Shown here in pieces: positions 39,130 to 46,650 of a stretch of 64,000 nt of DNA. Position 1 is the first letter of the stretch. Every line of letters starts with the position of its first letter. Source of the DNA: a virus; the IMG/VR virus record IMGVR_UViG_3300003322_000414, positions 6,855 through 70,854 of that record; one strand, written 5' to 3'. Below the pieces are notes generated by a model that saw only the letters and a program-made list of their open reading frames with translations, had not been told where the DNA came from and did not search any database. Both the position numbers and the translations under genes were made by a program.

Positions 39130-39546
39130 TTGTTTGTTGCGTGCCGGCATCTCCTCCTTGCGGAGTGCGGTTGCCGGCAGACCGGCCGCCCTTTCGACTT
39201 CCTGGCCAGAGGGTGCTCATCGGAGTTTCTCACGTGACCCAGGCTTGAAGAGGACAGCTTCCGTCGCTCGCTAGCAGCTTTCAGTACCGCCCGGCTGTGT
39301 GCGCTTCCGACGCCCGCAGTGGGTGTCGGCTGCCCGTCCTCGGGAAGTCCAGTCGCTTCGCTCGCAACTACCGGTTTTGAGGAGTCCGGCTCCTGTCTAG
39401 AGTCAGCGGCCAGGACCGAAGTCCTGTGCGCGATCGCAGCCGTCTCTCTTGGCTGTCCTGCTCGGGTTCGCGGTCTTCGGGCGGAACCTCGACCCTCGGC
39501 CAGACCGGCCATCCGGGGAGTTCGTTCCTTGCCCTCGTCGCTTCCT
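39130..39546 (-). ncRNA. candidate structured non-coding RNA B (unrecognised), paralog of RNA A
   Basis: Lies between a promoter (39554-39583) and HH3; 59/74 identity with 43338-43411 including a 1-nt indel; no RBS-led ORF. Confidence 0.65.
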
Positions 39547-39553
39547 GAGTAGA

Positions 39554-39583
39554 ACTATGCGCCAGATCCGGGCGGAAGGCAAC
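39554..39583 (-). promoter_or_regulatory. promoter GTTGCC-N18-CATAGT driving RNA B
   Basis: Aligns with the promoter of RNA A (shared AGTTCTAC..AAGCGA start region). Confidence 0.6.
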
Positions 39584-39730
39584 AACCCATCTACCTGGGC
39601 ATTCACCGCGTTTGCGCAGGTAGAAGCATGTGCGAACTTCCCAAAACTTTTTCTGACAATTTTCGAACCCTGAGGCCGGCATGAGTGCGACGCGTATCGG
39701 TGTCATGCCGGCCTCTCAGGGCGAATCGGG

Positions 39731-40129
39731 CTATTCGATCGTGCGGTAGGAGATGTTCAGCTGCTGTGCAGCCTGCTTCCGGATGATGTCCAGGACGAAC
39801 TCGTCGCGGTCCTCGGGCAGGATGGCCAGCCACTGCTGGCGCGGGATCATCAGCCAGCCCTGAGCAGTCGTGGCGGCCGGTCCGAAGCCGATCGTGTACC
39901 GCACCTCGACGGAGTCGAAGATGTCCTGGAGCGGCTCGGCCTGCTTGGGGATCCAGCAGCTCGGGCACTTGGTGACCGGCTTCCAGTCCTGCGCCTCTTC
40001 CAGCGTCATGCGGCGCGGAGGGTGCACCTCGTTGCCGTTGCGCCGTGCTGCCTCCTGTCCAGCCACGATCTGCCGGCATGCAGCCGTCTGGTGGTACGAG
40101 TCGCCTCGCGCCGTTACGTACACGTCCAT
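39731..40129 (-). CDS. hypothetical protein (Cys/His-containing N-terminal domain)
   Basis: AAGGA RBS; YH..AAC..KCPSC. Confidence 0.65.
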   Translation of the reverse strand: MDVYVTARGDSYHQTAACRQIVAGQEAARRNGNEVHPPRRMTLEEAQDWKPVTKCPSCWIPKQAEPLQDIFDSVEVRYTIGFGPAATTAQGWLMIPRQQWLAILPEDRDEFVLDIIRKQAAQQLNISYRTIE

Positions 40130-40230
40130 GGTGCTTGTCCTTGCTCGTCGTTGTATGGGCGTCTGCCGAGAGATCGGAGCCCCGGCCTCCCAAGGGGACG
40201 ACCGGGGCTCCTGCGGGCCTTACGGGGCTG

Positions 40231-40605
40231 TCAGAGCGCCTTCAGCGCGTACAGCCGGTTGTCCTCGTCGCGCACGACCAGGCTTCCGTCCTGCATCTCG
40301 CCGACCTGCTCGAAGAGGCCCAGGGACTTGCCGGCATTCGGGTTGGCCTTCTCCGAGGTGTCCGGCTTGGACAGGCTCTCCAGCCTCCAGCTGTTGCCCC
40401 GGCTGACGACGGTGATGTCCATCGCCTCGCCCTCGACCAGCCGACGCATCGCGCCACGGACGGACGCCGGGTTGGCACCGGAGGGCAGGTAGCCCATGAT
40501 GTCGTCCAGCGTGACCACGATGCCCGCGTTCATGCGCAGGAAGCTGACGACCTTCGGCTCGACCGACATGCGGGACGAACCGGTGTTGCTCTTGCCTCGA
40601 ACCAT
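40231..40605 (-). CDS. putative winged helix-turn-helix DNA-binding protein
   Basis: VVTLDDIMGYL..PASVRGAMRRLV..RGNSWRL; CCAAGGAGG RBS. Confidence 0.55.
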   Translation of the reverse strand: MVRGKSNTGSSRMSVEPKVVSFLRMNAGIVVTLDDIMGYLPSGANPASVRGAMRRLVEGEAMDITVVSRGNSWRLESLSKPDTSEKANPNAGKSLGLFEQVGEMQDGSLVVRDEDNRLYALKAL

Positions 40606-40625
40606 GGTGCTGTCCTCCTTGGGGA

Positions 40626-41030
40626 CTAGTTGTCGTACTTGACGGTGATGGACTTGTTCGTGGCGACGGGCGCGCAGCCACGCTCGGGGAACTCGACGAG
40701 GTCGTCGTCGGCCAGCTGAAGCCACAGCTCCCCGCGCTCCAGCTCGTTCAGGCGTCCGCCCTTGGCGATCTCCGCCTTGTGCTCGGCGTGGGCGAACAGG
40801 AACAGCGCGCGGAGCTCCATCAGGGAGTAGCGCGACGACAGCGCCTCGCGGACGTGCGGACGGGTCTGGTCGCGCTTGTCGCGGGAGCCCAGCCGGTACA
40901 TCGCCAGCTGGTACTCGGTGGCGAACTCCAGGTGGTCCTCGAACGTGTCGGGGTCCAGCTTGATGCCCGTCGCTTCCGCGACAGTGGCGGCGTCGAACGC
41001 CACCTGGATGCGATGCTTGCGGTCGTACAT
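40626..41030 (-). CDS. hypothetical protein below hammerhead 4
   Basis: AUG 41030 after CCAAGGAGG. Confidence 0.7.
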   Translation of the reverse strand: MYDRKHRIQVAFDAATVAEATGIKLDPDTFEDHLEFATEYQLAMYRLGSRDKRDQTRPHVREALSSRYSLMELRALFLFAHAEHKAEIAKGGRLNELERGELWLQLADDDLVEFPERGCAPVATNKSITVKYDN

Positions 41031-41046
41031 GGTGAATCCTCCTTGG

Positions 41047-41099
41047 GGACTCGTCAGGAGTGCCATCCAGCACCCGACCTCCTTTCGGAGGTTTCGTCC
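41047..41099 (-). ncRNA. type II hammerhead ribozyme HH4
   Basis: RNA: GGAC GAAA CCUCC-GAAA-GGAGG UC^ GGGUGCU-GGAU-GGCACUC CUGACGA GUCC; cut 41076/41075; begins 5 nt after the upstream stop codon. Confidence 0.92.
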
Positions 41100-41104
41100 T
41101 TGCC

Positions 41105-41293
41105 CTACAGGTCCTTGAGCACCTCGCGGATGCAGTCCTCGCTCATGAACGGGTAGTCCCGCCGGATGAGCGCGGCGATCTGCTCCTTGCGCTCTACCGA
41201 CGGCGTCGCCGCCTGGACCGGCTCGGTCGCAGCGCGTCCAGGAACGCGCCGAGCAAGTCGGCCAACAAGTCGATCAAGAACATCTCGCATCAC
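41105..41293 (-). CDS. hypothetical protein
   Basis: Coupled GTGA start. Confidence 0.5.
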   Translation of the reverse strand: MMRDVLDRLVGRLARRVPGRAATEPVQAATPSVERKEQIAALIRRDYPFMSEDCIREVLKDL

Positions 41294-41691
41294 TCGCTCT
41301 CTCGCTTGGTCACCGGGATGAGGAGCCCCTGCTCGCTCATCGACACCATCTTGCAGAAGCCGACGAGCTCTCGCACGACGCGCGGGGGCGCGCTGTGGAT
41401 GACGACGTAGTCCTTGTTGACCACACCGTCGAAGATCGCGGCGGTCGACATCTTGACGACCAGTCCGCAGTTCATCAGGTACTCGTACACGGCCTTGCGG
41501 TCGTTGTCCATCTCGTTGTCCTCCTTGGGGACTTGGTTATGCGAGGTCCATGCCGGCATCGTAGCCGCACTGTGCGTGCGCCCACACGGTCTCCGTGCGG
41601 TCGGTGGTGATGAACAGCCCCATCTCGTTGTCCGCGTCCTCGTCGCAGAGCTGGCAGCTGTCGTCGTCCATCAGGTCGCGTTCGTCGTCCA

Positions 41692-42003
41692 TTACACCGG
41701 GTCAATCTTGTCGAGGTAGCGGCGCATGGCCGCTCGGACGGACTGGGGCTTGACGCCGAAGCGCTTCGCCAGACGGCCGACCGAGTGGCAGTCGCCGCCC
41801 TCCTTCAGGTACGCCCCGTACAGCTGCGCTCCCTGGAGCGGGAGCCGCTTGTACTGTCGCGGCTTGTGGCCGTTGCGGAGCAGCACCTTCCGGATCGTGC
41901 TCTCGTTGACGCCCAAGCTGCGGGCCGTCGCCGAGTTGTTCTTGCCGTGCTCGCGCCACGCCTTGACGACCTCGTCGTCGCTAGGCAGCGGAACCAGACC
42001 CAT
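41692..42003 (-). CDS. double helix-turn-helix protein below hammerhead 5
   Basis: NNSATARSLGVNESTIRKVL and VGRLAKRFGVKPQSVRAAMRRY. Confidence 0.75.
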   Translation of the reverse strand: MGLVPLPSDDEVVKAWREHGKNNSATARSLGVNESTIRKVLLRNGHKPRQYKRLPLQGAQLYGAYLKEGGDCHSVGRLAKRFGVKPQSVRAAMRRYLDKIDPV

Positions 42004-42017
42004 GACATCCTCCTGGG

Positions 42018-42086
42018 GGACTCGTCAGTACGGCCACACAGCCGCAGACCGCCCGGTCCTGTGGTAGCGACCGGGCGGTTTCGTCC
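42018..42086 (-). ncRNA. type II hammerhead ribozyme HH5
   Basis: RNA: GGAC GAAA CCGCCCGGUC-(10 nt)-GACCGGGCGG UC^ UGCGGC-UGUGUG-GCCGUA CUGACGA GUCC; cut 42047/42046. Confidence 0.9.
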
Positions 42087-42097
42087 TGGGGTGTTGC

Positions 42098-42682
42098 TTA
42101 GCTGTCCAGCGCGGGGCAGCAGGGCTTCAGGTCGTAGCCCATGTAGTTGTCCTCCAGGCTGCTCTCACCCGAGTCGATCATGTCGCTGTAGATCAGGCGG
42201 GTCAGCTCGGTGTGGCTCCGGACCTCGGCGGTCTCCTTGGTGAAGCCCTTGGCGCGGGTGAACTTCTTGAGGTCGTTGCAGCCGAACTTGTGGACCTCGG
42301 GCTCGCCGTTGCCGTACAGGACCGTCAGCTTCTGGACCGGACCCGGCTCCTCGGTCTTGGCCTCCTCGACCGGCTCAGCCGTCTCGGTCTTGGCCTCGCC
42401 CTTGATCTCGGCGAGCATCTTCTCCAGCTTGGCCTTCTTGCGCTCGGCCGACGCCTTCTTGGCCGCCGCCGCCTTGGCCTTGCGCTCGGCCAGCGCCTGC
42501 TGGTTCTCGGGGCTCGCCTGGAAGTCGTGGCGCAGGACCGTCACCAGCTGAACCGTCTTCAGGTCAACCCGGACGCCGGTCTGGACGTACAGCCACTGGG
42601 CGAAGTCCTCGTGGAGCTGGGTCGGAGCCTTGGCGGCGATCGCCTCGTAGTTCTTCGGGGTCTTGTTCTCGTTGCGGGCCAT
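42098..42682 (-). CDS. paralog family member 3, with an additional C-terminal domain
   Basis: PTQLHEDFAQWLYVQTGVRVDLKTVQLVTVLRHDFQASPENQ; own promoter and CCAAGGAGG RBS. Confidence 0.8.
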   Translation of the reverse strand: MARNENKTPKNYEAIAAKAPTQLHEDFAQWLYVQTGVRVDLKTVQLVTVLRHDFQASPENQQALAERKAKAAAAKKASAERKKAKLEKMLAEIKGEAKTETAEPVEEAKTEEPGPVQKLTVLYGNGEPEVHKFGCNDLKKFTRAKGFTKETAEVRSHTELTRLIYSDMIDSGESSLEDNYMGYDLKPCCPALDS

Positions 42683-42727
42683 GGGGTCCTCCTTGGGGAC
42701 TCTCGTTCGGTCGGCCTTACAGTAACT

Positions 42728-42757
42728 ACTATACTCCATGTGCAGCCGTTTCGCTAC
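42728..42757 (-). promoter_or_regulatory. repeated early promoter GTAGCG-N18-TATAGT
   Basis: Exact motif and spacing, repeated seven times in 42.7-47 kb. Confidence 0.8.
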
Positions 42758-42821
42758 TCTGGAGTGCAACTTGTTTGCCGGCAAGCCGGGGGAGCTGGGG
42801 GCTCCCCCGGTGCCGTCGTGC

Positions 42822-43013
42822 TTACCGCTGGATCTCGTCCGGACCAGGCGTGCCGAGCGGGTTCTCGACCTGGATCAGGTCGCGCCCGTCGGACTCGGTC
42901 GGGAGCGGCCGGTCCACGATCGGACCGGACGCACCGCCCGTGTTGGACTGTCCCTTGGGGCCGGTTCCGTTCGGCGGGTTGCTCGCCTGCGGGGTCCGCT
43001 TGGGCAGTGCCAT
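42822..43013 (-). CDS. small P/G-rich protein below hammerhead 6
   Basis: AUG after CCAAGGAGG. Confidence 0.6.
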   Translation of the reverse strand: MALPKRTPQASNPPNGTGPKGQSNTGGASGPIVDRPLPTESDGRDLIQVENPLGTPGPDEIQR

Positions 43014-43031
43014 GGTGGTTCCTCCTTGGTG

Positions 43032-43102
43032 AGGCTCCTCAGGAGCGCCGTTCAGCGCCCGACCTGCAAGCCGGCATGTGATCCGACCTGCAGGTTTCGC
43101 CT
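43032..43102 (-). ncRNA. type II hammerhead ribozyme HH6
   Basis: RNA: AGGC GAAA CCUGCAGGUCGG-AUCACAUG-CCGGCUUGCAGG UC^ GGGCGCU-GAAC-GGCGCUC CUGAGGA GCCU; stem II covaries (GGAC/GUCC to AGGC/GCCU); cut 43061/43060. Confidence 0.9.
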
Positions 43103-43434
43103 TGATTGTGTTGCGCAGGCGTCGGTGGGACCTACCATCCGCTCCGCCTGCTCGCTCCGCCCTCGCGCCTTGCCAACCTCTCGGATGTTCTCTCGTGGGG
43201 TGGCTGGTTCCGTGTCTCCCTAGCCAGTCCCGCGTCCGTCCCCGAGGAGTTGCGCGCTACTACCTTCGCTGCCGTTTTCTTGTGGAGGGTCGGTGCCCTG
43301 TCTCCGACGCTGCATTTGCTGCTACCGACCTGTCGCCTGGCCGCCTTGCTCGGTGTTCGCGTTCTTCGGGTGGAGCCTCGACCGTCGGCTGGAGTCGCCG
43401 TCCCGGGAGTTTCGCTCGCCGCCCTCTCGCTTAC
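43103..43434 (-). ncRNA. candidate structured non-coding RNA A (unrecognised), paralog of RNA B
   Basis: Lies between promoter 43442-43471 and HH6; no - strand ORF with a start codon; homologous to 39450-39522. Confidence 0.65.
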
Positions 43435-43441
43435 AGGTAGA

Positions 43442-43471
43442 ACTTTACTCCAAGTCGCACACCTCCGCTAC
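43442..43471 (-). promoter_or_regulatory. early promoter GTAGCG-N18-TAAAGT driving RNA A
   Basis: Exact motif match. Confidence 0.8.
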
Positions 43472-43700
43472 CCTCAGCCCACCTGGTCATTCACCGTAAA
43501 CCCTCAGGTAGTTGAGCCGGCAACTTCTTCCAAGATTTTTTCAGAATTCTTAAAGCCTGAGGCCGGCATGAGTCTGGCCCGGCGCGTCGCTACGTGGCCG
43601 TCTGCGGGCCTCTCGCGGGCGAGCGCGCCCAGTTGGGCCGGTCGGGGCTGCGCGCCACGGAGACGACCAGCGAGCCACGCGCACGACCCCAGAACGCAGC

Positions 43701-43733
43701 GGAGCCCCGCTCCCTTGTCAGGGGCGGGGCTCC
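43701..43733. terminator. GC-rich hairpin terminator
   Basis: 13-bp stem just after the 43746 stop. Confidence 0.55.
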
Positions 43734-43745
43734 GGGTTGGGCCGG

Positions 43746-44105
43746 TCAGTCGCGGCAGCGAGCCAGCGCCCGGTAGGCCGCCTGCATCGCCTTGCGCTCG
43801 TAGGCCTCGCGGGTGTTCTGGATGGCGGAGGTGGAGCCGCCGACGTTGCCCTCGATCAGGGCCTCGGCCGCGTCCTCCAGCCACTCCTCGATGGCGCGCA
43901 TGCCGGCACGGTTCCAGCGGGTCTGGAGCTTGGCGGTCAGGTCGGCGTTGGCCTGCGCCTCCAGCAGGTTCTCCAGCGTCCCCGGCAGGACCAGCTCGCC
44001 AGCCGCGAAGGAGGCGGTGATCCGGCTCTGGACGGTCAGCAGGGTCTGCGCGGCGGACTGGGCGATGCGCTCGACGGTGGCGGCGGTACGCTCGGAGTTC
44101 ATCAT
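43746..44105 (-). CDS. early hypothetical protein
   Basis: Own promoter and CCAAGGAGG RBS. Confidence 0.75.
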   Translation of the reverse strand: MMNSERTAATVERIAQSAAQTLLTVQSRITASFAAGELVLPGTLENLLEAQANADLTAKLQTRWNRAGMRAIEEWLEDAAEALIEGNVGGSTSAIQNTREAYERKAMQAAYRALARCRD

Positions 44106-44159
44106 GGTGGCCTCCTTGGGGCCTCGGGGGAGAGCCTTGCGCTCTCCCTTACAGTAAGA

Positions 44160-44189
44160 ACTATACTCCATCTGCAGCGGTTTCGCTAC
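44160..44189 (-). promoter_or_regulatory. early promoter GTAGCG-N18-TATAGT
   Basis: Exact motif match. Confidence 0.8.
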
Positions 44190-44273
44190 TCTGCAGTGAA
44201 GATTTCTTGCAGTCCTTCTACTGCCTCAGGCCCGCACCCCGGTGTGGGATGCGGGCCGGTTGCCGGCAGGTGC

Positions 44274-44633
44274 TCAGCCCTCCAGGGGCAGCGCGGGCGG
44301 CGTGTATCCCGTCCGCTCGATCGCCACGATCAGCATCGCCCGCAGCGCCGGGACGTCGGGCGAGTCCGAGTTGACCACGTCTTCGTACAGCTCACGCGCG
44401 GTCGCCTCCAGGTCGGTCACCAGCTCCATGTTCTCCGGGACCATCGCGTCGTACATGTCGCAGTTGCAGTGCGAGAAGCTGCCGCAGCCGCACCCCGTCG
44501 CCTTGAGCGAGAACAGCTCGCCGGTCTCGTCCTTGATGACCAGCATCGCGACGCCCGCCAGGTCGTAGTTCTCCTGCGTGATGTCCACGTCGCCGAGGAC
44601 CGTGTAACCGGGGATCGTGTAGTCGCTGCTCAT
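44274..44633 (-). CDS. early hypothetical protein (GCGCGSFSHCNC Cys cluster)
   Basis: Own promoter and CCAAGGAGG RBS. Confidence 0.7.
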   Translation of the reverse strand: MSSDYTIPGYTVLGDVDITQENYDLAGVAMLVIKDETGELFSLKATGCGCGSFSHCNCDMYDAMVPENMELVTDLEATARELYEDVVNSDSPDVPALRAMLIVAIERTGYTPPALPLEG

Positions 44634-44671
44634 GGCTGCCTCCTTGGGGCTTCGTTCGGGCTGTTGATAGA

Positions 44672-44701
44672 ACTTTACTCCATCTGCAGTCCGGGCGCTA
44701 C
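44672..44701 (-). promoter_or_regulatory. early promoter GTAGCG-N18-TAAAGT
   Basis: Exact motif; tandem TGCCGGCA pair just upstream (44721-44736). Confidence 0.8.
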
Positions 44702-44785
44702 CCCTTTGTGCAGATTTCTTTGCCGGCATGCCGGCAAGGGCAGAGCCCCGGCTCCGCTGGGGAACCGGGGCTCGCCTGCGTGCGA

Positions 44786-45109
44786 TCAGTGCATCGTGTC
44801 GATCGGGTTGGCCGGGATGATCGCCTTGACGCCCCGGAACTCCCCGGCGTCCACGATCGCGCCGAGCTCCGTCTGGAGCAGCGTTGCCAGCCACGTGGCG
44901 TCGATGTGGTCGGGGACCTCCCAGAAGCCGTCCAGCGCGACCTGCTCCTCGATGGCGGTGAGCAGGTCCTCCCGCATCTCGACCAGCTCGTCGGTGGTCT
45001 TCTCCTTCATCAGGGTCGGCACGACCGGGTTGAGCCGGTTGAGGTCGTACGACAGCACCGACACGACGATCGCGATCTGATGCTTCTCGTGCTCGGCCGA
45101 GTGGACCAT
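44786..45109 (-). CDS. early hypothetical protein
   Basis: CCAAGGAGG RBS; promoter GTTTAC-N18-TATAGT at 45164-45193; hairpin at 44743-44773. Confidence 0.7.
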   Translation of the reverse strand: MVHSAEHEKHQIAIVVSVLSYDLNRLNPVVPTLMKEKTTDELVEMREDLLTAIEEQVALDGFWEVPDHIDATWLATLLQTELGAIVDAGEFRGVKAIIPANPIDTMH

Positions 45110-45275
45110 GGTGCCCTCCTTGGGGGCTTGGGGCCGACCCTCGCGGTCGGCCTTACACTAAGAACTATACCCCATCTGGAGTCTGGAGTAAACCCCTTCT
45201 GGGAAACTTGTTGTATGGCCATCTGCCGAGACGGCCGCCTCCCGGTGGGGGAAGCGGCCGTGGGCGTTGCCTCGG

Positions 45276-46046
45276 TCAGCAGGAGACGCAGACGCGGCGC
45301 TCCTTGACGGTCGGCATGCCGTAGTAGACCGGCTTGGGCGAGCCGTCCTCGTTCTTGTACTCGATCGGCTCCGACACGATCTTGGAGTTGGCGTAGGTCA
45401 CGGCCTTGCGGCAGTCGGAGCAGATGGCCGTCGTGTGGGTCGCCCAGACGCGGTAGTCGACCGGGACCGAGCCCGGCTTGTGCAGCTCCGAGGCGTCCGT
45501 CCCCTGGGTCGCTGCCGGCACGCCGGGGACCTGGACCACGTAGCTGAACCGGGGTGCCCAGGCGGTCGCCTGCTTGTGGTCCACGACCTTGGTGACCACC
45601 ACGTTGCCGGCAGGGATGCAGTAGCCGTGCGGGCGGGCTCCGGGCAGGAAGTACAGCTCGTCGCCGACCTGGTGCTCGGCACCCTCGACGATCTCCGGCT
45701 TGTCCTGGGTCGTGATGACCGGGGTGTCCTCGTACTTGTCCGACAGCTCCTGGTCGGCCAGGCTGTCGTAGGCCTCCGCCTCGGCGGCGATGGCGGCCAG
45801 CGCGGCCTTCTCGCAGGTCTTGCAGACCTTGCGACCGCCGGTGATGCGGGCGGCGTCCAGCGCCTCCTGGAGGCCCTCGAAGGAGGCTCCCTGGGCCAGG
45901 CGGCCACGGGTCAGGACGCCACAGGCGTTCTCGGCGTAGTAGGCCACGACCCCGGTCTCGGCCGAGCGGTCCGTCTCCGGGCCGGTGGTCTTGCAGGCGA
46001 TCCCGGCGATGTGGTTCGTGGCGCGGTTGTAACGGATGCTGAACAC
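45276..46046 (-). CDS. early hypothetical protein with Zn-ribbon motifs
   Basis: GTG after CCAGGAGG; CKTC, CSDC and CVSC motifs. Confidence 0.7.
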   Translation of the reverse strand: MFSIRYNRATNHIAGIACKTTGPETDRSAETGVVAYYAENACGVLTRGRLAQGASFEGLQEALDAARITGGRKVCKTCEKAALAAIAAEAEAYDSLADQELSDKYEDTPVITTQDKPEIVEGAEHQVGDELYFLPGARPHGYCIPAGNVVVTKVVDHKQATAWAPRFSYVVQVPGVPAATQGTDASELHKPGSVPVDYRVWATHTTAICSDCRKAVTYANSKIVSEPIEYKNEDGSPKPVYYGMPTVKERRVCVSC

Positions 46047-46091
46047 GGTTGCCTCCTGGGGGCTTCGGTCGTTCCCTGCCTTACGAGAGTA

Positions 46092-46121
46092 ACTATACTC
46101 CAGATTGGAGGTCGGCGCTAC
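46092..46121 (-). promoter_or_regulatory. early promoter GTAGCG-N18-TATAGT
   Basis: Exact motif match. Confidence 0.8.
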
Positions 46122-46287
46122 CCTCTTCTGAGGATTTGTTGAATCGGATTTGCCGGCATCTGCAGGGGGCTGGAGGGCTGAGCCGCATAGGTTAAAGCCC
46201 AGCGGACCTCCAGATGCCGGCATATGGCCATCTCCACATGCAGAGAGGCCCGCCCTCCGGAGTGGAGAGCGGGCCTCGCCGGGTCGG

Positions 46288-46560
46288 TCAGATCTCGCCG
46301 TCGAACTCGACCAGGTGGGCGTAGTCCAGGTCCATCGCGTCGGGGTCGGCGTCCAGGACCTCGATCATCTTGTAGCCGACCGGGTTGACGTCGTCCATCG
46401 CGGCCCAGTAGGCGTAGGCCTCGGACTCGCCGGGGAAGTGCTCGATGACCTCGTGCCACTGGCCACGGATCCGGCCGGTCGCCTCGACCGTGCCCTCGAT
46501 CTCCTGGGTCGCGCGGATCCGGGCGATCAGCGCCTCGTTGGTGTTCTCGGCGTCGAACAT
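46288..46560 (-). CDS. early hypothetical acidic protein
   Basis: CCAAGGAGG RBS; hairpin at 46245-46277 after the stop. Confidence 0.7.
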   Translation of the reverse strand: MFDAENTNEALIARIRATQEIEGTVEATGRIRGQWHEVIEHFPGESEAYAYWAAMDDVNPVGYKMIEVLDADPDAMDLDYAHLVEFDGEI

Positions 46561-46598
46561 CTTGGCCTCCTTGGGGCTCTCACTTGCTGACAGTAGTA

Positions 46599-46628
46599 AC
46601 TATACCCTACGCGGGGTGGAGGCGCTAC
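46599..46628 (-). promoter_or_regulatory. early promoter GTAGCG-N18-TATAGT
   Basis: Exact motif match. Confidence 0.8.
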
Positions 46629-46650
46629 CCTCCACCCCGGTTGGATTTGA

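Noticed and set aside
39185-39230. CCGAUGAG...CGAAA on the - strand inside RNA B, resembling a seventh hammerhead core
   Set aside because: No pairable stem II between the two core halves and no stem I or stem III with a UH site could be built
39009-39512. 167-aa ORF-track call across RNA B, and + strand ORFs over 43078-44020
   Set aside because: No RBS, atypical composition, runs through a ribozyme, and the paralogous copy differs by a 1-nt indel
40606-40630. GUCCCCAAGGAGG before the 40605 gene (also near 41.52 kb, 42.69 kb and 48.18 kb) as additional ribozymes
   Set aside because: Only the stem II/RBS tail is present; CUGANGA, GAAA and the hairpins are missing
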